Of a stretch of DNA of 64,000 bases, positions 1 through 13,384 are shown one piece after another. Source of the DNA: Mytilus edulis (taxonomy: Eukaryota); assembly GCF_963676685.1 (NCBI RefSeq), contig NC_092354.1, positions 8,494,001 through 8,558,000 of the forward strand, given 5' to 3'. The number at the start of each line of letters is the position of its first letter. Within the stretch, counting starts at the first letter, position 1. Both the position numbers and the translations under genes were made by a program. The notes under the pieces are model-generated. The model did not search any database. It had not been told where the DNA came from and saw nothing but the letters and a program-made list of their open reading frames with translations.

Positions 1-821
1 TACGCATAATATGATATACACTTTATGAAAAAAAGCAATAAAGGTTACGTTCAAGTGCGTAAAACAAGTTACCACTCCTTAAAACCACAAAGGAATTTCC
101 AATATTGCAAACGTGTATTTTCAGCACATTTTTCATTCCACGCGTGTATCTATTTCCCCCCGAGTGTGATAGATATATGATATATGTACATTGTCGGAAA
201 ATATACAACTTATGTGTATGAGCATTCGAAACATGACGAAAAACTAACTTCGCCGAGCTTTTCTCAGGCTCGTAGCAAGTACTTATATTTGTTTTCTCCG
301 AAAATAAACGTATATTATTTTTATCCTGAAATTTACACCATTCACTTGAAATTTTAGTTGTATAAACTCTAAAAAATTTGTCCCTTATTTTTCAAAGAAT
401 TTGACATGTAGCTTAACGCGGACCCCAAACATTAACTGTTACGTAAAAAAAGGAATATCCGCTTTACCGCTCGTTCAATATGGAAGTCGGACAACAGAAC
501 ATTAATTTGAACAAGTAGAAATAAAGCAACAACAAAAATATTAGTGTACCTGTTGTTTGTACAATAGTTGGCTGATTGCAGGATAAAGGAAATTATAAGC
601 GAATATACAAACACCGTTTAACTTTATTTAAAAACGTTGATCGATTAACTGATAATTGCATGCTTAACGTTTAGTTGCATGTTTTTGAAATACAAAAAAG
701 TAGCAGTTTAAACTGTATAGCTGTCCATTATTAAGTATCCTTCAAGGCAACGTATTTATTCGTATACTAGATAACATTTTACAAATAGAACTAGACAGAT
801 GCATCTATCTTATACTAGATA

Positions 822-1060
822 AGGGATCTACCATTTGATTTTTATGGAGGGGGAGGGGGGAGGGGGGGGGGGGGGGGGGGGGGCTAGGATGAAATTTGAA
901 AAAAAATAGGCAGGACAGGAGTTTTGAGTAAAAAAAAAAAAGGCAGGATGAGACACTTGCAAAAAAAGTCAGGATCACATTTTATGTAAAAAAAAGTCAG
1001 GATAAACTAAGAAAAAAAAGCAGGACCGGATAGAGTGAAAAATAAAAAGGCAGGACAGAG
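822..1060 (+). mobile_element. Fragment of a non-autonomous DNA-transposon-like repeat with a poly-G tract
   Basis: AAGGGATCTACCATTTGATTTTTA + poly-G + repeated (G/T)CAGGA motifs. Similar termini at 28161-28260 (+, TAAGGCAGCAACCATTTGATTTT-polyG) and ~9320-9394 (-). Confidence 0.5.
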
Positions 1061-1209
1061 ATCATGAAGTTGACTATAGTCCTTAAGCGTGATAAAGATT
1101 TATTATGCTAATATTTTTAAATTGGAAAGGTAGCAATGTTGATACAAAACTCTACTAGTACTGCCAAGCTTATGTTTGTAATGTTCATGTAACCCCGATT
1201 TAAACTTCT

Positions 1210-1347
1210 CAGGGGCGGATCCAGCCATTTTAAATAGGGGGGTTCATGACCCACGACAAAAAGGGGGGGGGGTCCAACTACATGTCCCAATTCAAATGCA
1301 TTGATCGTCCAAAAAAAAAGGGGGTTCGAACCTTAGATCCACCACTG
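1210..1347. mobile_element. MITE with short TIRs (hAT-like ends)
   Basis: CAGGGGCGGATCC ... AGATCCACCACTG imperfect terminal inverted repeats. Related ends GGATCTGCCACTG at ~6723-6735 and GGATTTGCCACTG at ~17280-17292. Confidence 0.6.
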
Positions 1348-3195
1348 CTTCTCTTCTCTTCTCTTCTCTTCTATTTATTCGATAGGACACATTTCCACAC
1401 CGTCAAGTTTTAAATGTGTCTAATGTAATTTAATTTTGTTTTAATCTTAAATGAGGTCTTAAATTATTGATGTTATTGCATTTGTCTATCGGTACGGGTT
1501 CTCCTTAATTTGCACACAGCAATAGTAAAAATAAAAATAAGAATGGTTATGAATAAAGGAGGAATAAAGGTAAAACAATTAGACTGCCAAAATCATCCGT
1601 GAGCTAATATAAAAAAAAAAAGCCATTGAAAATTTGGCGGAAAATCATTCTCTCTATATTTTTCATACATATAACAAATTTTGCACCTTTTTTCTTTCAA
1701 AAACTTTAAAAAAAATAACATAAATTTTTAAATAGAACTTTGTGTAATAATATTATGAAAATATATAAAAGTAGGGGTTAGCGGGCAAAATATTTTGGGA
1801 AAGTACATAAAAAAAACCCAGAGGATTTCGAATATCTTGCAAAAATCCTAAAAACAACATGAATAAACATCATAAGACGCTTAAAAAACGTTTTACTCAC
1901 TTACAAACGATTTTTATGAATTAATGTATAAATACGAATAAGCATAGAGTATTACATGGTATTCATTTGTTCCGCTCTTTAACGAATGGCCAGTTTAGGT
2001 GCATGTATAATGAACCTATCTGGTTTTCCAGATTTTTGTATACTAGTATACATAATTGTTTATTTATGATTACGATAAAATAGCTTGTGTTTCTATCATA
2101 ATATGTTTACTGTCTCAGACGCGAGATGTGGTAATGTTGTTATAATTTTTACTACAAGCTTTAAGTTTTCATCGCAGATAAAGATCAGTAATTTTACATT
2201 TACAATGATTCGTTCGTTCACGAGAAACTATATTATCTCTGACATATATCAATACAATAACTAGTAATCGACTTGTCAATTGGTTTTACATTTTACATCA
2301 TCTGAAAGGTGTATGCACTACACCACTCCTTTATTCAGCTACACAAGAAAGATCCCATGTGGTTTGATTCGTCAACTGCCCGGAAACGTTTAATATTAAA
2401 TGATATCCGTGTTATAAAATGAATGAAAGCTAGTGTATATATGAGTGATTTACTATTTTCGACTTTAAAACTATTTCCATTAAACAACCATCTAGTATGA
2501 TGCATAATACATGTAATACTGTGCTAGCTATCAAACACATACAAAACAAAAGCGTAAGAAAACTAACTATTATTTACGGTATTAAACTTTTTTCAGAGAA
2601 ATTTTATCTATATAGTATCATGGTAAAAAAGCATAATTACTTTTGGGATGTTTTATAGTAATTAGTCTGATGTGTGACATGGCACAGTATTTAAAAAAAA
2701 TGAACAGAACGACTGATGAAGATATTACAATATGTAAAGAATAAATATATGACGACATGTTTTTTTTCATAACTATTACTTTTATGTATGATTAGTGTTA
2801 TAAAAATAGTTATTCTAAGTTAAATGTTGTTGGTTTTTTTTTTTTTTTTGCGTAAATTTAACATAACAAATCACTGCATTGTGTGCAAAGTGGCGCAAAA
2901 GCATTACAATAAAGCGGTCGTAAGGATTTACAGGCTACCCGTAGGTCTTTAACAATGAGAAAAAAATATCACATACTATACTCATGGTCGATTCAACAAA
3001 ACTTAATCTTCTTTTCTGTATTTTGAAAATATATATATTGAATAAAATTAAGGGATATCGAGATGAAAAATATGATCGAATGGAGCTATAGATTGTTTAA
3101 AAATAATTTAGATTTAAAAACTCGTCGGAAACGCTTTACTTCATTCAAAAAACAAATGCATACATTTTACGAACTGGACTCGACGATCTTTCAAA

Positions 3196-3953
3196 TCGTT
3201 CCCACAAGATAGCTATCTCGTTCCCTCAAGATACTATGTTGTTCCCACAAAATAAATATCTCGTTCCCTAAAGATGCTATGTCGTTCCCTCAAGATGTTA
3301 TGTTGTTCCCCCAAGATAGTCATCTTGTTCCCTCAAGATGATATGTCGTTCCCTCAAGATATCATGTCGTTCCCTCAAGATATTATGTCGTTCCCTCAAG
3401 AAACGATGTTTTCCCCTCAAGATGATATGTCGTTCCCTCAAGATGCTATGTTGTTCCCTCAAGATAGTTATCTCGTTCCCTCAACATAGCAATATCAATA
3501 CAATGTTAAAACTATGTTGAGGGAACAACATAGTATTTTGAGGAAACGACATAATAACTTGAGGGAACGACATAACATCTTGAGGGAACAACATAGTATC
3601 TTGAGGGAACGACATAGCACCTTGAGGAAACAACATAAAATCTTGAAGGAACGACATAGTATCTTGAGGGAACGACATAACATCTTGAGGGAACAACATA
3701 GTATCTTGAGGGAACGACGTAGCATCTTGAGGGAACAACATTACATCTTGAAGGAACGACAAAGTATCTTGAGGGAACGACATAATATCTTGAGGGAAGA
3801 ACATATTATCTTGAGGGAACGAGATAACTATCTTGTGGGGACGACATATTATCTTAAGGGAACGACATAGCATCTTGAGGGAACGAGATAGCTATCTTGT
3901 GGGAAGGACATATCATCTTGAAGGAACGACATAGTATCTTGAAGGAACAACAT
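3196..3953. repeat. Inverted (foldback) array of a 21-bp minisatellite
   Basis: Unit ~TGTCGTTCCCTCAAGATAnnA. About 14 units at 3196-3489, a 22-nt spacer at 3490-3511, then about 21 units in the opposite orientation at 3512-3953. Confidence 0.95.
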
Positions 3954-4898
3954 ATTTTTTTTTTCTTTCATAGACGCATTCTGCCACCGTAGTTTCATGA
4001 CCAAACTACAATCTGAATGGTTTTTTTAATTGATATACATATTTAGACTAACTTAAAGACCTTATTGCTAAACAATTGATAATTCAATAAAAGGCTATTG
4101 TTACAGTTTTCAGTCATGATTTACCTCAAAATTTAGTGAGTCAGGACTCTAAATTTTTGTTGAATAATAAATGTTTGAATACACTATATATATTTCTATC
4201 TTTATAAGCCTCTTTTCGTGCTTTTAGTTTGTTAAAGGAGAAATAGTGAACAAAATTAATAAGAACAAATAACACATTATACGTTTTTAGTAAGTTTAGG
4301 TAATTTTTTTTAACATGATTATACTTTTGTATACCCTCATGGTATATAATGCTACTTTGATAAAATATAATCTCCAAAGTCATGAAATAGTAAATACAGA
4401 AATGTTTTGATCCTTTTGTTAATTCGGTATTTTACAGATAAATGCATGGATTCAATTTTACAGTCAACATTACGCTTTCAAAATGACAGCAGAAATCACT
4501 GTTCCGTTGAAGCCTTTGCGATTTTTTTTTTATTTTCAAGCGTCATAAGTTTATTTGTCTCTATAGATTTGACCACGATGTTTATCTAGAAACAATATTT
4601 AACTTATTAAAACTGCAAGTATTCTGCATGTATGATTTATTTATCATGCCATAGTTTATTAATTTAGAAATATTTACATAGCCATGCAGTAGTGAACAGA
4701 CAATTTGTGTAGTAATCAATCCTCCTGAGAAAATAAAATGACCAACGATTGCATGATAGTTATTAAGTAATGTACGAGATAACTAATGACCGCAAAATCT
4801 GAAGTTTACCCCAACAAATTCCCATCTGCTAATTCCTCAATGTCTTGTTTCATGATTTACATGAACGATCAGATTCAGTATAATTATTTCCGGAGTTA

Positions 4899-5222
4899 CT
4901 AACATGACTAACATGTTTAACCCGCCACATTATTTATGTGTGTGCCTGTCCCAAGTCAGGAGCCTGTAATTCAGTGGTTGTCGTTTGTTTATGTGTTACA
5001 TAATTTTTTCGTTCATTTTTTGACATAAATAAGGCCGTTAGTTTTCTCGTTTGAATTGTTTTACATTGTCTTATCGGGGCCTTTTATAGCTGACTATACG
5101 GTATGGGCTTTGTTCATTGTTGAAGGCCGTACGGTGACCTATAGTTGTTAATGTTTGGGTCATTTTGGTATTTTGTGGATAGTTGTGTCATTGGTAATCA
5201 TACCACATCTTCTTTTTTTATA
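4899..5222 (+). mobile_element. Non-autonomous interspersed repeat containing the 3' half of the twister-like motif
   Basis: ACATGTTTAACCCGCC...GCCTGTCCCAAGTCAGGAGCCT is shared with the Penelope 3' ends at 25531-25580 and 63496-63544. Downstream parts recur inverted at ~10650-10745 and ~52270-52382. Confidence 0.75.
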
Positions 5223-7479
5223 TTCTCACTAAACATGCTCAGTATACAATATATGTTATTTCAATTGAACACAACACTACTGCACAAAAACAAATACAAA
5301 ATAAAACCGTGAAGAGCCTTAGGTCGCCATCATCGTCATTGTATTTAACTAAAATATTTAAGTTATAATATGAAATCTACTTCAACATAATATGCTACGA
5401 AATGAGGCCTGTATGGTTTATTGCTTAGGGCTACGTAACGTTTTCCCTTGACCCAAAATTATCCAGTTATGCAGGGTTCTGTTCGAAGAATGAAACCAAA
5501 GTACTGAAATACTGAAAATCGGATGACCGCAAGTTCTTGTGAATGGTCCGAGAAGCACTTGTCTCAGAAAAAAAACCATCTCTATACCTGAAAATGAGGT
5601 TTTATGTGCAGATATAATTTTTTTCTTGGACAAGTTCGTGCGTAGATAAATTAATGACAGGGAATTCATCCTCACCGTAATGACTATTATATTGAAGTGC
5701 GTGATACAAATCCGTATACTCAGGTATATTATTGTTATATAGTATATTAATACTTGTATATTACAGTTACGTGTATTTTCATTGCATATCATTCTATTCT
5801 TCTATATTAATAATAGTGCAGTGCTAGTGCATGGTTGAGTTATCGTTGCTTAAGATTGCAAACGTTCTTGAGATATTTTACCGCATGCGTGTGCATATTT
5901 ATTTTGAATGATTTTTCACGTAATGTTTATACGTATAACAAAACATTTTAATATTTATAAAAAAGTATGTGATGAGTATTCATTGAAGAAATGGATTTTT
6001 AACAAGCGATAAGGAATGTTAGTTTGCACTTGATGATGTCTTCATCATGTTTATAGATCGGTTCAAAAAACCAAAACGAATATTACGTAATGGAAATCTA
6101 GGCGATAGCAATACACCAGAATGCCCTCACGGTCATCCGCTGTAAAAATGGATAATTTACAACACCTGGCATTCTTGACCTTGAAATGAATTTTAAAGAA
6201 ACTAATTATTATATCTATATACACAGAAATACAAAAGTAGCTGTCAATCACAGCATGTATTCCGAGGATTTATTATAGGTGAAGCAATACGGCAAATAAG
6301 AAATATAAGTGGCCATAACAAATCAATGACGATGTAACTAATGTCAAAGTGAAATTATTAGATAGGGGTTATTATAACGTCTACATGTAAATATATGAAA
6401 GTATTTATATTGATGCTTTTTATCAATTGACGTAGTGAATTATTACAACAAAACAAATCGAAACAAAAAAAAAAATATTCGTTTTTAATGATCTTTAAAA
6501 ACTAAATATAACCCATATACATTCATACGTAAGATTAAGTAAGTACTAAGTAAGTAAATTTTATTTAGGGTCGGCATATATATATACACAATAACAGACA
6601 AAACATGAGCTCTGACTACTGATGCTAAATTTGGTTGATTATGATATATAGGGAATCACTGAAGCAGGACCGGAGCGGGCCCCCTCTTAGGCAGTCAGTG
6701 GGCCCCGGCTTGTGAAAAATTCTGGATCTGCCACTGATCAATGGTATAGTGTTTCATGTATACAAACCTTTGGATATGGTAATTAGGTGCAAATGTCAAA
6801 ATAATCGGATTTATAGCATCTATGACTAGCATCAGTGGAAATACTACATTAGAATAATAGAGATTAATTAGTTTGACAAATAGCTAATGCACTTACAAGT
6901 CGACTGTGGTTTAACCGCATTAAAAATAAATACTGGCATCTGATTTGTTTCAGATACTTCTGATATTATCAAGCAAGTGATAATATGAACCCATAATTGA
7001 TATTTGAATTTATCAACTATTATATATCATGTAGCAAGAAATTTTAACCTATTCCAGCGGCCCATGCCTGTCACTCATTGCATAGTAAGTGCCCCCTCTC
7101 CACCCCGAGTAAACTTAAAGTATATCTTACGATATCATTTTATTAATGATTTTATATTAGACATTGACCATTCATTTTTTTGTGGAGGGGGAGGCGGCAA
7201 GAACTTTTTAAATAATTATTGTGGGTTCCCATTGAAAATAACAAGATTTAAAAACAAAATTGTTCATATTGAGATAAAAATCGAATGTCGAAAAAAAATG
7301 ATAGTCCGAGAATCAAAAATTCCTTAACACGCATGATAGTAACTACTTTCACAACGAGAGGATTTCCCTCAATAATCGTGGTTAATCCTTTAATAACAGG
7401 TAGAAATATTAATATACCTATTCCAATCAAAATGTACAAAATTAATGCATTAATTATTTTGTTTATATAAAAGCTTTAA

Positions 7480-8792
7480 CACTCTAAGACATAAGCCCGA
7501 ATTTCCAGCTACTTTGTAGCTGTGGTCTTATCAGACATCATGCTGATGCCAATTACCCCAGACCATGCATCATGCTGGGTTTGTTGATCTTAATCCCCCA
7601 AATAACTGGTCACATACATATTATCATACTTAATATATATATATATCATTTTCAGTACAGTTACAAATGTGTATAATTTATTCCTAGTGAATATTGATAT
7701 AGAAATTGATTAATAAAGTTTGATCATGTGAAAAGTAAAATCACAAAAATACTGAACTCCGAGGAAAATTAAAAAAGAAAGTCCCCAATCAAATGGCAAA
7801 AATCAAAAGTTCAAACACATTAAACAAATGGATAACAACTGAAAGTTATACATCAGAAGTTGAAATAAAAACAGAAAACTATTACAGTAATTCTATTGTT
7901 TTGAAGAAAAAAGGGGGATTGTCATCTGGAGGTTTAAATGATTTTTTTCGTTTTCTGGTAATCAAATTGATTTTTTTTTAAATAAAAATCAGTTCTTTTG
8001 ACCACATTGATTTGGTGTCACAAACCTATACTGTGTCAAATATTCAATCACAGTCCAAATTCAGAGCTGTTTTAAGCTTAAATGTTGTGTCCATACTTGC
8101 TCGACTTACCCTCCCCCTTTTTAAAAACATCTGGAGTTTTTACTGTTAATTTCTAGCTGTGTAAAGTTAACTTAGAATTAAAAGCATGTAGCAAATAAAA
8201 TTTAATTTCAGCATGTTTATTTTGATATAGTATAGAAAAACGTGAATTTAATTGAAATTGATAGAAAACTAAGAAAAATACCAGATTTAGATAAAAGGGG
8301 GAGGGCTAAAAAAGTTGTCTGTTGACCAATATCTATGGCATAGACCAGATCATTTTTCAAAGTTAGGCTAATCGTTTATGGTAATTTTTTAATTTTCCCT
8401 GATTTCACATCAGTTTGAAAGAAATCAAAGTTATTTAAGTTTATTAAATATAGAAAAAAAAGGTGAGGAACAAAATTATTTCATATACGTGTAAATGCAG
8501 GGAAAGTTGTCCATAACATCGCAATAAACTAAACATGCATATAATTATTTTTAATATATATTTTTTCTTTAGGATTTATTTTTTTCAAATTTATTGTTCA
8601 GAAATACAATGAAGCCAGGAGGAAAGACACAGAGAAATATAAATGTATAGCTTATCATTTTGTGATCTGGTTATAATTAGTGAACCACTAAGAAAGTGTG
8701 TCCACATAATTTATATCTAACTGATTACTGATAACATGCTGAGATAGATTTATAGAAAAATATTTGGAAATCCGGGCTTATGTCTTAGAGTG
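7480..8792. mobile_element. Non-autonomous piggyBac-like element
   Basis: 28-bp TIRs CACTCTAAGACATAAGCCCG(A/G)ATTTCCA at 7480-7507 and 8765-8792 (1 mismatch), with TTAA on both sides (7476-7479, 8793-8796). No coding capacity seen. Confidence 0.85.
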
Positions 8793-9839
8793 TTAAGAAG
8801 TAGGCACTTCACATCGGTGTTAATATTTACACACCCAGCGGCAAGTTGTCATAAATCACGCACTATGAAGCTGGGGTTATAAAACGATTTTTTTTTGGCA
8901 CAGTAATTTTATGAAGATAATATGGTATTCAAAATTAAAACTATGATTAATCTAATTGATCGATGTTTGCAGCCGATATGTTTTATTACTAGATGCTTCG
9001 TTCACTCTGCATTGTCATAAAAGGAAAATTAACATAGTTTACTCAGACCTAATAGGCCTCAAAAGAATTTTCTACTTTTTGCGTGATACTTTTTTTTTAT
9101 TGCATAATTGATAGGCATGGGAGATACTTTTAATTAGTACAAATTGCGTTAAAAAAAGCAACAGCAACCTATATTTTTTTTTTACTAAAACATACTACAA
9201 TTTTCTTTAATACGGTTTCGTTCCTAAAATCAACATTCAAAGGCTCGAGAGAGAAAAAAGGCTACTATTGTACACGTTTATGACTGAGAAAATAAAATAG
9301 TTTGTCTTGTCTTGTCGTTTTATGGGAAAATCAATTGTTTGCCCCCCCCCCCCCCCCCCCCCCCCGCCCCGAAAATGAAATGGTTGCTGCCTAAGACATG
9401 TACTAAAAAAATGGCGATGGTCAGTTTATTTTGCTGTTGAGCATAGTTTACAAAGTCATTGCATATCGGTTTCCTTTAATAAAATAAAATAAATATATTT
9501 GGGCTTTTGAACAGGATTACTTTTGAAACGTCACAAAATACATTCTCATGTCCCAGGTTAGGGGAGGATTATGATCCCGCGAACATGATCACCCCCCCCC
9601 CCCCCCATTATGTATGTATGTGCCTGTTCCATGTCAGGAACCTGTAATTCAGTGGTTGTCGTTTTTTTATGGGTTACATATTTGTTTTTATGAATTATGA
9701 CATGTGAGAAGCAAAATGAATGTTTAACACGCATATTCATTAGAATATTTTTTGTATGGAGCGCGAGAGGGTCAAAAAGCGGAATTGAGTATTGTGTTAT
9801 TCAAAATCAATTTCTCGACCATGCTCTCAGGGCATCACT

Positions 9840-10433
9840 TAAGTATTGGCAGGCACACCAGCAGCTGCCCTTAGTCAATGCACTACTGTTGTGGCCACAA
9901 AAAACTTGTCCCGTATTGACGTAAAGCGAATGTAGCGCTCCTCCCTTGACGATGGTTGCTTTTGGTCTACGACATATTGACCTATCCAGTGCTGTTGCAA
10001 TTTGTTGATATCTGTTTTTTAGTCTATAAACTGTTAACTTATGCACATTAAATCGAGCCACTACATCAGTAACACTCATGCAAGCATCAACCATTCCAAG
10101 AGCCATCCGACGGTCATTTTCGGAGAGGCCTGGTTGACGCCCCATGCAAATTTTTCAAACGTTTATGTGTTTTTCTTACCAATGGTGTGTTTCTGAACGT
10201 TAGTGCAAAAACAAATTAAATTTCGTCTTAAAAGTACAGGTACAGAAGGTAAAACATCAATTACACGCGCAGAGCTAAAATGGCGCGAAATCAATCACCT
10301 GGAAAAAAGTACGACTGCTTAAAAATACAGGTAAAACTAAGGATTATATCAATGATGTTTATTAAAAAAAAATCCAGAAACAACCAAAAACAATTGCAAA
10401 AAAAAAGTGTTGCTAAACTTTTTTGGCTCAGTA
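9840..10433 (-). mobile_element. Truncated Tc1/mariner element: one TIR and the N-terminal HTH of the transposase
   Basis: ORF 9807-10145 MGRQPGLSENDRRMALGMVDACMSVTDVVARFNVHKLTVYRLKNRYQQ...DRS..RRPKAT matches the Tc1 paired-like HTH and GRPR linker. Terminus TA|TACTGAGCCAAAAAAGTTTAGC at 10433. Confidence 0.8.
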
Positions 10434-11577
10434 TAGGTTAATTTAATTATTTAGGAATTGTTTAATTATGTCATTGTTTTAATGTCATTTACAATGATTA
10501 TTTTATTTGACGACACATTTGTTCTGCTATTTTAAACACGATTATCTCTGCCTTTGCCTTTACTTGTATTGATTTATTTGAAATAGAAAAGCATGTATTT
10601 CATAATCATAATTGATAAATTTATAGAAACCACCATTGCAGAGTGCTGGAATGTGACAAGAGATCAATGCCACCAAAAATTACAATTATAGATCACCACA
10701 CAGCCTTCAACAATGAGTAAAATCAATGTCCATAATCAGCTATAAATATTACAAAACAACAATGCAAATATAGAACAATTCAAACTAGAAAATTTCAAAT
10801 AGCCCTCAGTAGAAATGATCCGAAATAGTACGATACACAGATTATCAGTTTTGTGCATACAGATATTGACTGAAAAGATTCACATTATGACTGACTAATG
10901 CTATTACTAGATAGTAATATCTATTAAACCGATTATCTTTACTTTTCCACTTTAAGGATGAACTACATATTAAGTTCATGGTTAATCATGAAGAGACATA
11001 AAAAAAGAAATATCATTTTTTTATGTTATCTGTTTAGAAGTCAAGCCTACTAAAATGGTACAGCCTCGGTGGTTTAGTATTCTTATAGAATATTTTGCAT
11101 TATAATTGAATATAAAATCTATGGAAAATTTATATGTGTTTACATGCATACGTATGTGTTTAAGTCGACTTCTGCGGGTGTCTGGGACATTCTTAATACA
11201 CTGTATCTTGATATACAAAATGCAACATGGATTTCAACCAATATTTTGTCTTTTCATAATTAATATCGAAGTTTAATTCGGTTATGTTACAAATATAGCA
11301 TATACCATACCACATCAAGAAGGGGGGAAACATTACAACTACGATGACAAAACAACTAAAAGCAACACGGTAAGGGGGGAATAACACATATTGGTGTGTA
11401 TGTTCATTGGACATACTGTACTTGCTAAGGCAGTATTATATATACAAGCTACTTGCAATTATTTTAGTCAGCTACAGCTATTTAGTGGACAACAAACTCC
11501 TGTTTTGACACATCAAGTAATGAATGAGAAAGATAAATAAAATAACATGTTTAAGGTTTGAATTATATTTTTTGCAG

Positions 11578-12790
11578 GGTGGAACGTTGCCTCCAGTATT
11601 GTATATTCAAGCGGACAACTGCTGGCGGGAAAACAAAAATAAATATGTTTTATCGTTTTGCGAGTTACTGGTGCACATGAAAGTATTTCAAGAGGTAGAC
11701 ATTTGATATCTTATAGCCCACAGTAATCATACTACTGTTAGATAATAGAATTCCTATTTTAAAAAAATCAGGGAATACAATCATGACAATGCACACACGT
11801 ATTTTTCCTACTGAATTGATCGGTGATTCCTCCTACCATTTTTATAAGGGTCGTATCATTATGTATTAACATGAATAACTGTATCCAAATGAACATGATG
11901 AATAAGATATGATAAAGCGAGAAAATATACCGACGGAGAATCATAATGAAAATTCGATTAAAATTATAATAAAATCATCTTAATATTCAACAGTAAAACA
12001 ACTTAGACAAACCATTACATAAAAATATAAAGTAACTCCAATACCACCGGAAAACTCGGTTAACAGCTCCTCGAGGGACACCCGTCGTATTTTTAGACCA
12101 ACTGAATTCATGATATGGAACACCGTCCCTGAAATAATGTATCAAGTGTAATATATAAATACTCCACATACATTCACTATCATGACTGTCGCAATATTGC
12201 TTCAGAGAAATGTCAAAACAATTAGCAAAAGAATGCACATAGAAGAATCGTAATGCGGACAGTTTTAAAATATAAATTAATATAAAATTTGATAGAATTT
12301 TTTATGAAAATATTTTTTTTTTTGCAGGTTCACCTTTCTTTTCTGTATGTTGAACACACACATGAGGATATTGACGCCGGTTTTCAGCAAAATAGTAGAT
12401 TCCCTCCGTCGAAATGACGCAGAAACAATCCCTGAGCTTTTGGATCTCTTACCAAATCCAAGCAACTTAATTTGGCAATACGATATTAGGAACTGGCTTC
12501 AACCATTTATTGCTGATGTACGGAAACATACCAAGCCATTACATTATAAATTTACAATGGATGAAGTATCTAATAAGATTAAACTGTGTTACAAATCCAA
12601 TCATGCGGGGCCTTGGAAGATTTCAACAAGTGGAATGTTCATGTTTAACGATAAAGGTGAAGTAGAATTGCCAAAGGGTGTACCAAAAGTATCCACGCCA
12701 GTTTTTGACAAAATATTTATCGAAAAAAATGAAAGTGGAATTAATGACTGGAAATGTCTCTTCACGGATCAAATGTCAAACGCGTTGTCT
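11578..12790 (+). pseudogene. Spliced Sola1-like DDE transposase remnant
   Basis: Exon 11578-11694 (tttgcAG ... GAG|gt) reads LYIQADNCWRENKNKYVLSFCELLVHMKVFQE. The exon from 12328 reads VHLSFLYVEHTHEDIDAG, frameshifts near 12381, then FSKIVDSLRRND. The DNC..ENKN and (G)HTHEDID motifs are present; the superfamily is assigned from memory. Confidence 0.7.
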
Positions 12791-13384
12791 TTGCTTGTTA
12801 ATATCACTGAGAAAACTAAATATTTATCTTCTTTTCAAATTAAATATTTTTCATTTGAGCAAAACATCTGGACGTTTTATTAGCAAACTCAACTCGAAAT
12901 CGGTAATTGACTACTTTATAATATTATTTGTTTTTCTTTGATCATCAACCAACAACATTTAAGGTCGAAATCAGTCGTTGTTTTTTTATGTATTTTCAGG
13001 AAATACGAAGAACATAACAACTAGACGCACCATATATAGCTCATATGTATATGGCTATATATGTCAAAAGAAACAGATATTTTATTCTATAATACAGGAA
13101 CTAATAGAACTCATTTTCTTTTTTGATTTGATTTGTTATATACATGAGGTATCATATTTGTTGTGGCTATTTTACCTAGCAGTTGAACAACATATGGTTT
13201 CAACAGCAACAGTACAATTACGTTTTATTCAAAATAATGTGCATGCTTTAATATGTAATTTTCAAGAATTTAAATTTTCTATTTGTGCTGTACTGACATT
13301 AAACAGTTTGTAATTATGTTTTCTCTTGAAAAAACATTGATTTCTATCTCGTTTACTTTCCTTTAATTTGATGGATACACGAAT

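Noticed and set aside
2712-2740. Isolated CTGATGA hammerhead-like cores (also near 16859, 43781, 51916, 53327)
   Set aside because: No stem II followed by GAAA, and no stem I/III pairing.
3274-3873. Five overlapping ORFs with heptad repeats (MSFPQD, ILRERH)
   Set aside because: They are by-products of a 21-bp minisatellite that is open in several frames on both strands; no evidence of real coding.
3196-3953. CRISPR-like appearance of regular short repeats
   Set aside because: No unique spacers, no cas genes, and a eukaryotic context.
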